The notes under the pieces were generated by a model. The model did not search any database and was not told the origin of the DNA. It saw nothing but the letters and a program-made list of their open reading frames with translations. Both the position numbers and the translations under genes were made by a program. A stretch of 64,000 nt of DNA from Nitrospirota bacterium. GTDB taxonomy: Bacteria; Nitrospirota; Thermodesulfovibrionia; Thermodesulfovibrionales; Dissulfurispiraceae. Below, one piece after another: positions 37,897 to 47,987 of the stretch (position 1 is the first letter of the stretch; each line of letters starts with the position of its first letter). The stretch covers positions 1 to 64,000 of the forward strand of contig JBFMCP010000015.1 of assembly GCA_040754455.1 (NCBI GenBank), in the 5' to 3' direction.

Positions 37897-38625
37897 GTCT
37901 TCCATTTTTCCTTTTAATCTCATGAGTGCTTTACCGTGCAGCTGACAGACCCGGGACTCGCTGATATCCATGACTTTCCCTATTTCCTTCATGGTAAGCT
38001 CCTCATAATAGTAGAGGGTGACCACCAGACGCTCGTTTTCCGGAAGGGCGTCGATGGACGCGCCGAGGGCATGTTTCAGCTCCTTAAGGTTCAACTCCTC
38101 AAGAATATCGCAGTCGTCTTCCTTGGAGATGCATTCGAGGATATCGAGCGATTCTCCATCGCTGCTCATGCCCAGGTCTTCCAGGTTTACCATATTCATC
38201 GTATTTGCAATGGAGAGCGTCTTATAGAGCTCATCGAGGGTTATGTCCAATGCCGCGGCGACCTCCTCATCGGAGGCGACCCGGTTCAACTCCCGCTCCA
38301 GCTTCGCGTAGGTGTTGCGCACCTCCTCGAGCTTTTTCCGCGCGTCCTTTGAAGCCCATTGCATGGAACGGATCTCGTCGATGATCGCGCCCCGTATCCT
38401 GAAGTCAGCAAACGTGCTGAGGCTGGTCTTCAGTGAGGCATCGTACCGGTCGATCGCCTCCAGCAGCCCGACAATGCCTGCCGAAACAAGATCCTCCGTG
38501 CTCAGCTCCGGCGGCAGGCAAAAACCGTACTTGGAGGCGTAATATTTTATCCTCGGCAGGAACTGCTCGATGATCTTCTCCCTCTGCTTTTCGGTGACCT
38601 TCGCGGTCTTTTTCTTTGTCGCCAT
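37885..38625 (-). CDS. fliA: Flagellar sigma factor sigma28
   Basis: EDLVSAG..GL..A, RIRGAIIDE.R and YYEELT.KEIG....SESRVCQ.H. Start MATKK at 38625. Confidence 0.95.
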   Translation of the reverse strand: MATKKKTAKVTEKQREKIIEQFLPRIKYYASKYGFCLPPELSTEDLVSAGIVGLLEAIDRYDASLKTSLSTFADFRIRGAIIDEIRSMQWASKDARKKLEEVRNTYAKLERELNRVASDEEVAAALDITLDELYKTLSIANTMNMVNLEDLGMSSDGESLDILECISKEDDCDILEELNLKELKHALGASIDALPENERLVVTLYYYEELTMKEIGKVMDISESRVCQLHGKALMRLKGKMEDFRK

Positions 38626-38693
38626 CTGCACATCACCTCTTTTATAAGCCACTGCCTTGACGCTGCATCGTTCTGCACGCACACTCATGGTTT

Positions 38694-39503
38694 TCATCGT
38701 ACCCTCAACGCCTTTCTCAAGAAGAATTGTACATTCCCCTTAACGTCGTTAAGGGGGTTGTCCAGCACCTTTTTCCCGATGGCAGCAAGCTTTTTGGTAA
38801 ACGTACTGTTCGGGTACATTGCAATATATCCCTTTTGTGCAATGATGGCGTCCTTGACATGCTGATCATAGGGCAGATAGCCGAGGTAATCAATGGAGAG
38901 ATTGAGGAACTTATCCGCTACGATGGCCAGTTTCCTGAAGGTATCAAATGCCTCTTTTTCGGACCGCGCCGTATTCACCAGCACTCTGAAGTGCTTCTCT
39001 CCGAAGTCCCTGGAGAGCACCTTGATCAGGGCGTAGGCATCCGCAATGGAGGTAGGCTCAGGTGTAACAATGACGACCGTCTCCTGGGCTGCGCTGCAGA
39101 AGAAGAGGACATTGTCCGAGATACCTGCTCCGGTGTCGATGAGGAAGACATCAAAGGGCGTATCGAAATGGTCCAGCTCTGCGACGAGTTTCAGACGCTT
39201 TTCCTCGCTCAACCCGGTCAATTCCCGTATGCCCGAGCTTGCCGGCAGAATCATGATCCCCAGCGGGCCATTGACGATGATATCTTTGATCTTCTTCTCG
39301 CCGAACAGTACATGCTTCAGATTATATTTCGGGGCGATCCCGAAGAGCACATCGATATTGCTCAATCCGAGATCCGCGTCGAGGACGAGCACTTTCTTGT
39401 TGAGGCTTGCGTAGAAGAGCGCGAGATTGGCGACAAAGTTGGTCTTACCGACACCACCCTTACCGCTCGAAACAGCAACAATACGTGGTCCTTTCGTGTT
39501 CAT
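38694..39503 (-). CDS. flhG: Flagellar number regulator FlhG (FleN)
   Basis: SGKGGVGKTN, DADLGL.N.D, DTGAGI and PEPTS..DAYA. Confidence 0.94.
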   Translation of the reverse strand: MNTKGPRIVAVSSGKGGVGKTNFVANLALFYASLNKKVLVLDADLGLSNIDVLFGIAPKYNLKHVLFGEKKIKDIIVNGPLGIMILPASSGIRELTGLSEEKRLKLVAELDHFDTPFDVFLIDTGAGISDNVLFFCSAAQETVVIVTPEPTSIADAYALIKVLSRDFGEKHFRVLVNTARSEKEAFDTFRKLAIVADKFLNLSIDYLGYLPYDQHVKDAIIAQKGYIAMYPNSTFTKKLAAIGKKVLDNPLNDVKGNVQFFLRKALRVR

Positions 39504-40546
39504 TAGATACCTCCAATGATCAGGCCTGCAAGAAAGTCTGATGACGGTACGCGTATATCATCGGGTACACCAGGTCCTGTCGTTATGAATGAGAGCGGTC
39601 TGCTCGTAAGAAGCGAAAGATTGTAGAGACTGCCGTACTGCGTCGCCATATCAACTTTGGTAAAACCGATGGAATCGATCGTATCGCTCTGGCAGCTCTG
39701 CCATGATTTTATGGCTGATGATGCGCTCATGGAGGCATCGATGAGGAAGCATTTTTTTAAGGGGAACCCCGTACTGAAGATTTCCTTGATGTTATTCAGC
39801 ATCCCGCTGTACTGGTAGCCTGGCGTGTCGATGAGCAGCGGCCCACGTTGCATCTCTTTGTAGATCACTTTCGGCAGGTCGCTTATTTTTCGGATGATCT
39901 TCAACGGGCACCGGAGTTGCTGCGAGAGCTCTTTCATCGAAGCCACCGCTCCGATCCTGTTGGCATCGAGGGAGATGAGATTGACCTGTTTTCGTTTTGC
40001 TGCAAACATATGCGCAATTTTCGATATGGACGTCGTCTTTCCCACGCCGGGAGGGCCGAAAAAGATGATCCCCCGCTCCTCGGCAGGCAGGAGCCCTTGT
40101 ATCTTTACATCCTGTTTTATTACATTCTTGAGGCTGTCGAGAGAATCCTGCGAGCGTTCAAGCAGAATGACGGCAAACTGCGAATCGACACCCTGTTTCA
40201 TAAGGAGGTTGAAGAGTCCCTTTTTGTCCCTGCCGACCCTGAGGGAGGGAACGATGGGCCGCAGCGTATCCTTGAGAAAACAGACCTCGTCCCGTATTCC
40301 GCGAATCTCTTTCAGGATGTCCGAAAGACCGGGCTGCGAGCTTGCAGGGAGCACGTGCGGCGCGGACGCCGTATCACCTGCCTCGTCGATAGCGGCGGTG
40401 ACTTCCACGGCATCCTTATTGAGGACGCCGAAAGGTCCGGTCTTGAGCGATCTGCTCGAAAGAATGATAGCGTCGGACCCGAGTTCCTTCTTTACCGCTT
40501 CGAGCGCTTCTTTAAAGCTCCTGCCGACAAATTTCTTAATTTTCAT
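39503..40546 (-). CDS. flhF: SRP-family GTPase FlhF
   Basis: EAL..VK.ELG.DA.ILS, GPPGVGKTT, DTPG and TKVD. Start MKIKKF at 40546. Confidence 0.88.
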   Translation of the reverse strand: MKIKKFVGRSFKEALEAVKKELGSDAIILSSRSLKTGPFGVLNKDAVEVTAAIDEAGDTASAPHVLPASSQPGLSDILKEIRGIRDEVCFLKDTLRPIVPSLRVGRDKKGLFNLLMKQGVDSQFAVILLERSQDSLDSLKNVIKQDVKIQGLLPAEERGIIFFGPPGVGKTTSISKIAHMFAAKRKQVNLISLDANRIGAVASMKELSQQLRCPLKIIRKISDLPKVIYKEMQRGPLLIDTPGYQYSGMLNNIKEIFSTGFPLKKCFLIDASMSASSAIKSWQSCQSDTIDSIGFTKVDMATQYGSLYNLSLLTSRPLSFITTGPGVPDDIRVPSSDFLAGLIIGGI

Positions 40547-40581
40547 ACTGTCTTCCTCCCTGTACAAGGTACACCATATCG

Positions 40582-42627
40582 CTATTCCATCCTCAGCGTC
40601 CCGATGGAATACACTTTCGTGTTCGGAGCCACCTCACTGTGAGAGACCACCATAATGCTGTTCGAAACCCGTTCCGCCAGCCGCTTTAAAAACCTCCGTA
40701 CCGACGGGGAGCAGAGCAGCACCGGCTGATAGCCTTTGAGCATTCCCTCTTCAAAGCTCTTCTTGATGCTCTCGCTGATCCTGTCCGATGTAGCAGGATC
40801 AAGGGCAAGGTACGATCCCTGTGCAGTCGTCTGGACCGCCTCGATGATCAACCGTTCCAGTTTCGGATCGACGACAATGACCGTGAGCGCGCCGTCGGCA
40901 CCCTGCAATTGCTTGGTGATACTCCGGGCGAGCGCCTGCCGCACATACTCGGTAAGGAGCTCAGGGTCCTTGGTAAAGCCCGCATATTCCGACAGCGTCT
41001 CGAGGATCGTCTGGAGATCCCTTATGGAGATCCTCTCTCTCAGGAGGTTCTGAAGCGTCCGCTGCACCCCGCTAAGATTCAGAACACCGGGAATGAGGTC
41101 TTCGACAACCTTAGGATGCGTCTTTGCAAGATTATCGATCAGCTTTTGTACATCCTGCTTGCCCAGCAGCTCATGGGAGTAGTTCTTTATCACCTCCGTC
41201 AGGTGCGTGGTGATCACGGAGGGGACATCGACGACAGTGTACCCGGCAAGCTGCGCCCGCTCCATGTCACGCTCTTCGATCCAGACCGCCTGGAGGCCGA
41301 ATGCCGGGTCCTTGGTAGGTATCCCTTCGAGCATCTCCTTTTCCGTGCCCGGCGAAATGGCGAGATACTTATTCAGCATCACCTCAGCCGATGCGACCTC
41401 CACGCCTTTGATGAGGATCGAATATCCCGAGGGCTTGAGCGAAAGGTTGTCCTTGATATGCACCGGAGGAACAATAAAGCCCATTTCGGTAACCATCTGT
41501 TTGCGAATAGCCTTGATCCTGGACAGCAGCGGCCCCCCTTCCTCAACAAGTGAAATGAGCCCGTAACCGATCTCGAGCGAGAGCGGATCAATCGGCAGAT
41601 AGGACTCCAGGCTCTCCGGCTGTTTCAGCTCTTCAACTGCCGGCGCAGGCGCGGCCGCCTCTTCTTTCGGGGCCTTGCCTATGAAGTAGGCGCCGGTGCC
41701 GGTGATGGTGGCGAGCATGAGGAAGGGGACATGGGGGAGACCGGGAATGATGCCGAAAAACGCCAGAATTCCGGCAGCCGTGCCGAGGGCCTTGGGACTC
41801 GCAAAGAGCTGCTTCACGACATCGGAACCAAGATTGCTCTCCGAAGCCGCCCGGGTCACGATAATACCCGCTGCGGTCGAAGTAATCAGCGCAGGTATCT
41901 GTGCAACGAGCCCCTCACCGATGGTGAGAATGGTATAAGTGGTGGCGGCATCTGCAACGGCCATTCCTTTCTGCAGCACGCCGATGAAAAAACCGCCGAC
42001 AATGTTGATCACCATAATAATGATTGCGGCGATAGCGTCGCCCCGGACGAACTTGCTCGCTCCGTCCATGGCGCCGTAAAAATCCGCCTCCCTGCTTATC
42101 TCCTGCCGTCGTTTTCGTGCCTCTGCATCATCGATCAGTCCGGCGTTAAGGTCGGCATCAATGCTCATCTGTTTGCCCGGCATTGCATCGAGCGTGAACC
42201 GTGCGGAGACCTCGGCAACCCTGCCCGCACCTTTGGTGATGACGACGAAATTGATGATGATCAGGATAAAGAAGATGATGAAGCCGACGACGAAGTTGCC
42301 TCCGACCACAAACTCTCCGAAGGATTTAATCACCTTTCCGGCTGCCTCGACGCCGAGGTCTCCTTTCATCAAAATGAGCCTCGTCGAGGCGATATTCAGC
42401 GAGAGCCTGAGGAGCGTCGAGATGAGGAGGATCGAAGGGAACACCGAGAAGTCGAGGGGCCTCTTCGCATACGCCGAGACAAGAAGAATGACGATGGAAA
42501 GGGTGATGCTGAAAGAAAGAAAGAGATCGAGCAGCAATGACGGCATGGGGATGATCATCAGCCCGAGGATGACAACGATTCCCACCGCCAGCATCACGTC
42601 ACTCTGTCTGAGCAATCTTTCCAGCAT
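40582..42627 (-). CDS. flhA: Flagellar export protein FlhA
   Basis: RFTLDAMPGKQMSIDAD and FYGAMDGASKFVRGD. Confidence 0.97.
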   Translation of the reverse strand: MLERLLRQSDVMLAVGIVVILGLMIIPMPSLLLDLFLSFSITLSIVILLVSAYAKRPLDFSVFPSILLISTLLRLSLNIASTRLILMKGDLGVEAAGKVIKSFGEFVVGGNFVVGFIIFFILIIINFVVITKGAGRVAEVSARFTLDAMPGKQMSIDADLNAGLIDDAEARKRRQEISREADFYGAMDGASKFVRGDAIAAIIIMVINIVGGFFIGVLQKGMAVADAATTYTILTIGEGLVAQIPALITSTAAGIIVTRAASESNLGSDVVKQLFASPKALGTAAGILAFFGIIPGLPHVPFLMLATITGTGAYFIGKAPKEEAAAPAPAVEELKQPESLESYLPIDPLSLEIGYGLISLVEEGGPLLSRIKAIRKQMVTEMGFIVPPVHIKDNLSLKPSGYSILIKGVEVASAEVMLNKYLAISPGTEKEMLEGIPTKDPAFGLQAVWIEERDMERAQLAGYTVVDVPSVITTHLTEVIKNYSHELLGKQDVQKLIDNLAKTHPKVVEDLIPGVLNLSGVQRTLQNLLRERISIRDLQTILETLSEYAGFTKDPELLTEYVRQALARSITKQLQGADGALTVIVVDPKLERLIIEAVQTTAQGSYLALDPATSDRISESIKKSFEEGMLKGYQPVLLCSPSVRRFLKRLAERVSNSIMVVSHSEVAPNTKVYSIGTLRME

Positions 42628-42630
42628 ACG

Positions 42631-43689
42631 CTAGCTCCTCCTTCCCTTCAGGCGGTAGACGTTGGCGAGTATGGTCGCAAGGGCCTTGTAAAAAGCCTCG
42701 GGGATCTCCTGCCCGATCTTCAGCTTGAACAGCGACCTCGCGAGCGGTTTATCCTCGAAAACAGGGACGCCGTGCGCTTTCGCCACCTCTTTTATCTTTT
42801 CAGCGACCAGGTTGGCGCCTTTTGCAACGACCGTCGGCGCACCCATTTTTGCCGCATCGTATTTCAGGGCCACGGCAAAATGAGTGGGGTTGGTGATCAC
42901 CACGTCCGACTTCGGAACCTCCTGCATCATCCGTTTGCGGGCCATTTCCCTCTGGAGGCTCTTGATGCGCGCCTTGACCCGTGGATCACCCTCCACTTCC
43001 TTATGCTCCTCTTTTACCTCCTGCTTGGTCATGCGCAAATTACGCTCGAACTGCCATCTCTGATACGCATAGTCGGCGACGGCAAAAATGCTGAGCACCG
43101 CTGCCGAAATGAGGAGGAGCTTCTTTACCTGTACATAGGAAAAACCGGCGATGGATGCGATATCCATATCCACCAGCGCCGGGAGATTGACGACCTCTTT
43201 TTTAAGGAGGAGGTAGAGGATGACACCGAGTATGATCACCTTCAGAAATCCCTTGAGCGCCTCGACGACGGTGTTCAGCTTGAAAAACCTCTTGATGCCT
43301 TCAATCGGATTGATCTTCGACAGGTCAGGGCTGAGCGGCTGTGCGGTTACCAGAAAGCCCGTCTGCAGAAAATGCACGGCAGCAACAATGACAAGAACGG
43401 TGCCGAAGAGGGGCGCCATCATCATACCGATCTGAAAGGAATCGTTCTTGAATATCTCGACGAAGGATGCGTCACTCAGATGGATATCGAACCCCCGTTT
43501 CAGTGATGCTCTCAAATAGGTAAGCAGAGTCGTAAACATAAAGCCGCCGAAGGAAAGATAGGCGAATACCACCCAGAGCGGCATAAGGCCGATAAGGTCG
43601 CGGCTTCGGGGTACATCGCCCTTTTCCCTCGCCTTTTGGCGCCGTCGTGGTGTCGCTTGTTCTGTCCGTTCGTCAAACTCTTCCGGCAT
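42631..43689 (-). CDS. flhB: Flagellar export protein FlhB
   Basis: RTE.AT, EGDP..K and NPTH autocleavage motif. Confidence 0.97.
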   Translation of the reverse strand: MPEEFDERTEQATPRRRQKAREKGDVPRSRDLIGLMPLWVVFAYLSFGGFMFTTLLTYLRASLKRGFDIHLSDASFVEIFKNDSFQIGMMMAPLFGTVLVIVAAVHFLQTGFLVTAQPLSPDLSKINPIEGIKRFFKLNTVVEALKGFLKVIILGVILYLLLKKEVVNLPALVDMDIASIAGFSYVQVKKLLLISAAVLSIFAVADYAYQRWQFERNLRMTKQEVKEEHKEVEGDPRVKARIKSLQREMARKRMMQEVPKSDVVITNPTHFAVALKYDAAKMGAPTVVAKGANLVAEKIKEVAKAHGVPVFEDKPLARSLFKLKIGQEIPEAFYKALATILANVYRLKGRRS

Positions 43690-43690
43690 A

Positions 43691-44428
43691 TTACCTCGTA
43701 AACAGCATGATCGAATCTTTTACATGCAAAAAGGCCTTGGAAATCACCATTAAGGTCAACGGAAGCGAAAGTGCCATAAAAACAATTCCAAGAGTAATAA
43801 ACAGGGGGAACCCTATAAAAAAGATATTTGCCTGCGGAAGCGCCCGCGACAGGAACCCCAGTGCCAGATTGGCCAGCACCTGCACCAGCATCACCGGTGC
43901 AGCGATCTTGAAGGCCAGAGGAAATAGAAAGGAATTCAACTTGATGATGGCGTTAAAAATGCCGTTGTAGTGAATCGTCGTGATATCAAAGCTGCGCACG
44001 ACCCCTTCAATGAAGTAATAATGCATATCGAGGATAAAGAAGAGCCCCATCGCTACGATGGTATAAAAGAGGCTCAGCGGTCCCAGCACCTCGCCGAACT
44101 GGGGATTGAAAATCGCTGCAACGCCCAGCCCCATCTCGATGCTCATCCATTGTGCCGCCATCTCAATCGCACCGAGGATAATCCGTGCAGCCAACCCCAT
44201 CGCAGAACCGACAATAAAGGCCTCAAAGACCGCCCTCACCGGATTTTCGACACGCACCGTAACGACCGGCAGGAGCAGGAGCGTCAGCGCCAGGGCGAGC
44301 GATCCTCTCACAAGAATCGGCGTGCTTCTCCCCCCGATGAACGGGATGAAAGCGAGCATCGTCGCAACCCTTATAAAGACGGGGATGAGCTTCTCGGAGT
44401 AGATGTTTATCAGATTATAGAGTTCCAT
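43691..44428 (-). CDS. fliR: Flagellar export protein FliR
   Basis: Multi-TM protein with R..PQ.NIFF.G.P; synteny fliQ-fliR-flhB. Confidence 0.92.
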   Translation of the reverse strand: MELYNLINIYSEKLIPVFIRVATMLAFIPFIGGRSTPILVRGSLALALTLLLLPVVTVRVENPVRAVFEAFIVGSAMGLAARIILGAIEMAAQWMSIEMGLGVAAIFNPQFGEVLGPLSLFYTIVAMGLFFILDMHYYFIEGVVRSFDITTIHYNGIFNAIIKLNSFLFPLAFKIAAPVMLVQVLANLALGFLSRALPQANIFFIGFPLFITLGIVFMALSLPLTLMVISKAFLHVKDSIMLFTR

Positions 44429-44443
44429 ATTAACTTCGTCTCA

Positions 44444-44529
44444 GCGTCAGGCGTCGCGCGTCGGCAGCCGACTTAAAAATGAATGCTGCGCCTTTTGACG
44501 CTCGAATCTCGACGATTTGTGCATGACGC
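44444..44529. repeat. Inverted heptamer array (fliQ-fliR junction)
   Basis: gcgtcag gcgtcgc gcgtcgg ... ttgacgc tcgaatc tcgacga tttgtgc atgacgc. Confidence 0.8.
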
Positions 44530-44534
44530 ACGTT

Positions 44535-44804
44535 TCACCTCACGTAGAGCGGTATGTTTTCAAAAATACTGCGGGTAAACGTCACCAGCACGCGCACCAT
44601 CCAGGGCAGCGCAACCAGCAGGGTAAGAAAGACCGCCACGATTTTCGGGACAAAGGTCATGGTCATCTCCTGAAGCTGCGTCACCGCCTGGAAGATACTT
44701 ATCAGGATACCGACAACAAGGCTGACTAGCAGTACGGGCCCGCCCACCAGCAGAATGGTCTCAAACGTCTGTTTGGATATCTGGCCCAGGAGCTCGACGG
44801 TCAT
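44535..44804 (-). CDS. fliQ: Flagellar export protein FliQ
   Basis: SIFQAVTQLQEMTMTFVPK. Start MTVEL at 44804. Confidence 0.95.
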   Translation of the reverse strand: MTVELLGQISKQTFETILLVGGPVLLVSLVVGILISIFQAVTQLQEMTMTFVPKIVAVFLTLLVALPWMVRVLVTFTRSIFENIPLYVR

Positions 44805-45868
44805 CTGAACCCTCCCACGAGTGAGCCGATCAGCAGCTCCCACCCGTCGACGAGCACAAAGAGCAGCAGCTTGAACGGCATGGAAACCATTACCGGCGGA
44901 AGCATCATCATCCCCATCGAAAGTAAAACACTCGCCACAACCATATCGATAACGAGAAAGGGAAGAAAAATAAGAAAGCCGATCTCAAAGGCCTTTTTGA
45001 GCTCGCCGATCGCAAAGGCAGGGATCACCACCCTCATCGGCAGATCCATCGGTGTAGCAGGCCGCTCAGACTTCGACATCTTCAGGAAAAGTGCGAGATC
45101 CTTCTCCTTCGTCTGCTTCAGCATGAACTCTTTCAGGGGGACCCCTGCCCTGTTCAGGGCATCCTCTGCATTGATCTCCTTTTTGGTGTACGGCACATAG
45201 GCATCAGCATATATCTTATCGATAACCGGCGACATGATAAAGAAGGTAATGAACAGCGAAAGCCCGATCACCACCTGTGTCGGCGGCACCTGCGGCGTAC
45301 CGAGCGCCTGACGCAGAAAGGAAAGGACAATCACAATACGGGTAAAGGAAGTCACCATCACGAGAAGGGATGGCAGGATCGAGAGCAGTGTAAGGAAGAG
45401 GAGCACCTCCATGGGAGTGCTCAAACCGAAAAGCCCGCCTCCGGGTGCTGCAGGCGGCGCAGGCGCTGCCTGCGCAACAACAGGAGCCAGGAGCCAGAAC
45501 CCGGTAGCCAGAATAATACCGATAAGCCCGAAAAATCCCTTTTTGATATAATCTTTTATTCTCATTCCTGGTCTCACCCCTGGCTCCTGCCCCCTGGTTT
45601 CCGACTCCTGTTTTAACGCCTCATAAACGTCAGAGGCATTGAGCTTGCTCAGGAGCGATATGTTTTCATCAGCAACACCGACGACCAGGAACTCTTTTAA
45701 CACCTTTACAATCGCGATCCCCTTTTTCGGCCCGAAGGGCTGGTAATGAAAAATCTCAATCATCCCTTTCTGGGGCATTACCTTCTGCTTGAGAAACCGC
45801 AGGACAAGGTAGAGCCCGCCGAGGACAATCAATAAGGCAACCGCAACTTTCATCAACTCAAAACCCAA
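44801..45868 (-). CDS. fliP: FliO-FliP fusion protein
   Basis: The N-terminal ~80 aa is FliO-like (TM, G.KK.I..VKV....LVVGV....ISLL). The C-terminus is FliP (TSFTRI.IVL, PP.QV..GL, ELKKAF.IGF, MMMLPP, PFKLLLF...DGW). One uninterrupted frame. Confidence 0.88.
   Translation of the reverse strand: MGFELMKVAVALLIVLGGLYLVLRFLKQKVMPQKGMIEIFHYQPFGPKKGIAIVKVLKEFLVVGVADENISLLSKLNASDVYEALKQESETRGQEPGVRPGMRIKDYIKKGFFGLIGIILATGFWLLAPVVAQAAPAPPAAPGGGLFGLSTPMEVLLFLTLLSILPSLLVMVTSFTRIVIVLSFLRQALGTPQVPPTQVVIGLSLFITFFIMSPVIDKIYADAYVPYTKKEINAEDALNRAGVPLKEFMLKQTKEKDLALFLKMSKSERPATPMDLPMRVVIPAFAIGELKKAFEIGFLIFLPFLVIDMVVASVLLSMGMMMLPPVMVSMPFKLLLFVLVDGWELLIGSLVGGFR
45481..45609. repeat. Inverted heptamer array inside the FliO-FliP linker
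   Basis: caggagc caggagc cagaacc cggtagc cagaat ... attcctg ... gctcctg cccctg gtttccg actcctg. Confidence 0.8.
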
Positions 45869-45885
45869 TCACAATCCTCCGTAAA

Positions 45886-46215
45886 CTACCCTAATTGTCT
45901 CACCCGTTCGGTCGGGCTGATGATATCCGTCAGCCTGATGCCGAACTTCTCATTGACCACGACGACCTCGCCCCTGCCGATGAGCTTGTGGTTCACATAG
46001 ACCTCCATCGGCTCACCGGCAAGCTTATCCAGAGCAATGACCGAACCTTGCCCGAGCTGCAACAATTCCTGCACGAGGATCTTCGTACTGCCGATCACCA
46101 CCGTCAGCTCGAGCGGCACATCGAGGATGAAATTGATGTCCCGCTGGACGGACGGGGCAGGTTGGACATCACCCTTGAGCTCCTGCATCTCAACGTCCTT
46201 CACGTCATCTGCCAT
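45886..46215 (-). CDS. fliN: C-ring protein FliN
   Basis: ILDVPL.L.V..G, L..GSVI.LDK.AGEP and GEVVVV..KFGIR. Confidence 0.95.
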   Translation of the reverse strand: MADDVKDVEMQELKGDVQPAPSVQRDINFILDVPLELTVVIGSTKILVQELLQLGQGSVIALDKLAGEPMEVYVNHKLIGRGEVVVVNEKFGIRLTDIISPTERVRQLG

Positions 46216-47204
46216 TACGATCTCCCTTCTTTAGTAAAGCCTTGTAGTACCCTTGTTATCTTAATCGCCTTCGCCCCTCGGTGCACGCCGAATCTCGCCT
46301 TGAATTTCGGAGCCCCCTCCACGCGGACCATAAGGTCCTCATCCACCCTCGTCGAGAGAACGAGGATATCTCCCGCCTTCATCTTGAGCACATCCTCCAC
46401 GGTAACGCTCGTCCTGCCGAGCTCTCCGGTCAATACAACGGGGATATCCTTCAACCCTTCCTTCATGCGTTCGAGCCATTTGATATCGAGTTCATCCCTG
46501 TCGGCAGAGAAGGCGCTGTACAGCTTCTCTTTGATCGGCTCGACGGAACCGTAGGGAATGCAAAGAAACGCCTTACACTGCTTCCCCTCGATCTCGAGCA
46601 CGAACTCGACCTTTATGACCACGTCGACCGGAGTGACGATGGTGACGAACTGCGGGTTCATTTCAGAGCGGACATACGTGGGCTTGATGGGATACACCGG
46701 CTTCCAGGCCTCCTCCATATCGTCAAAGAACATCATGACGACCTTGTGGATGATCTTCTGCTCGATCGGCGTAAACTCCCTGCCCTCGGGTTTGTAGTAT
46801 CCCTTCCCGGTCCCGCCGAAGAAGTATTCGATGAGACTGAAGATCATGGGTGCATCGAATACCAGCAGGCCGAACCCCCTGAGCGGCTCCATCTTGAAGA
46901 TGTTGATGCTCGAGGGGAAGGGAATACCTCTCATGAAGTCATAGAACTTCGTGATATTCACGTTGACATTGGTCACATCCACCATGTGCCGGATCGCAGC
47001 CGAAAGAGAGAGACGGAAGTTACGGGCAAGACGCTCGTTGGCGATATCGAGCGACGGCATCCTGCCCCTGACGATCTTTTCCTGCCCCGTGAAGTCATAG
47101 GCCTTTACGCCCGACGTATCCTCGAGCTTCTCCGTCTCTATTTCGCCTTCGGCGATTCCCTTCAGTAGCGCATCGACTTCATCTTGCGAAAGGATATCTT
47201 CCAT
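46215..47204 (-). CDS. fliM: C-ring protein FliM
   Basis: ILSQDEVDALL, YDF, FGG.G, REFT.IE and EMNPQF. Confidence 0.96.
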   Translation of the reverse strand: MEDILSQDEVDALLKGIAEGEIETEKLEDTSGVKAYDFTGQEKIVRGRMPSLDIANERLARNFRLSLSAAIRHMVDVTNVNVNITKFYDFMRGIPFPSSINIFKMEPLRGFGLLVFDAPMIFSLIEYFFGGTGKGYYKPEGREFTPIEQKIIHKVVMMFFDDMEEAWKPVYPIKPTYVRSEMNPQFVTIVTPVDVVIKVEFVLEIEGKQCKAFLCIPYGSVEPIKEKLYSAFSADRDELDIKWLERMKEGLKDIPVVLTGELGRTSVTVEDVLKMKAGDILVLSTRVDEDLMVRVEGAPKFKARFGVHRGAKAIKITRVLQGFTKEGRS

Positions 47205-47215
47205 CTACACCTCAC

Positions 47216-47707
47216 CTACTGCATGACAAATTCCGTAAGGTATGCATTCTTTACCGAATTGTCTCCCAGAATCTGGTTCACCATGATATTGACTTCGTCC
47301 TTGAGCTGCAGCTTTCCTTCAGGAGACATGAGCGTCTCGGAGGTCTTGCTCGTCAGCAGGGTGATGATTGCATCCCTCAACTGGGGAGTCTTCACCTTTG
47401 CCTTCTCCATGACCGCGGGACCGACAAGCTCGAGCTGCATCGAAACCTTGAGAAACTTGTTGCCGCTCTGGTCGCTGAGGTTCACCACAAAAGGATCGAG
47501 GGCGAACATCACCCCCTCCTCTTTCTTCGCCTCCTCCTTTTTCTGCTTCTCGCCGCCGGACTTCGTCACAAAAAAGAAGGCGCCGGTGCCGCCGGCAAGC
47601 ACCGCAACGGCAATGATGACAATGAGGATCAGGTTTTTACTCTTTTTCTTTTTGGGCTCTTTTGCTTCCTCTTCATTCAGCTGTTCCTCTTTGGGTTCGT
47701 CCACCAT
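47216..47707 (-). CDS. fliL: Flagellar basal-body protein FliL
   Basis: Single TM, F.VNL, LRDAII.LL, GK..LK.E and Y.TEFVMQ. Confidence 0.93.
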   Translation of the reverse strand: MVDEPKEEQLNEEEAKEPKKKKSKNLILIVIIAVAVLAGGTGAFFFVTKSGGEKQKKEEAKKEEGVMFALDPFVVNLSDQSGNKFLKVSMQLELVGPAVMEKAKVKTPQLRDAIITLLTSKTSETLMSPEGKLQLKDEVNIMVNQILGDNSVKNAYLTEFVMQ

Positions 47708-47718
47708 ATAAAAACCTC

Positions 47719-47822
47719 CGTATAGCGTTATAGCGTAATGCGTTATAGCGTGAGATCCTTATGGAACAAAATAAGAAGAGAACCTCGTACACAATAACGA
47801 CCAACGCTATAACGCTCTACGC
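47719..47822. repeat. Inverted 7/8-mer array in the fliL leader
   Basis: cgtatag cgttatag cgtaatg cgttatag cgt ... ataacg accaacg ctataacg ctctacg. Confidence 0.8.
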
Positions 47823-47826
47823 ATTT

Positions 47827-47842
47827 AGCACAGATTGTGCCA
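47827..47842 (-). promoter_or_regulatory. sigma54 promoter upstream of fliL
   Basis: TGGCACAATCTGTGCT. Confidence 0.8.
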
Positions 47843-47889
47843 AGGATTAAGTAGTTGAACTTTATGAAGGATTTTAATAAAAGGTCAAG

Positions 47890-47930
47890 AAAATGACGGT
47901 TAGACCGGGCTACGCCCGGTCTAACCGTCA
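47890..47930 (-). terminator. Intrinsic terminator after flgE
   Basis: 17-bp perfect stem tgacggttagaccgggc/gcccggtctaaccgtca followed by TTTT on the minus strand. Confidence 0.75.
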
Positions 47931-47987
47931 AAGAGTCAACTGCTTATATATACTACTGTGTGCTTCAAGCTATCAGCTTACGCTCTA

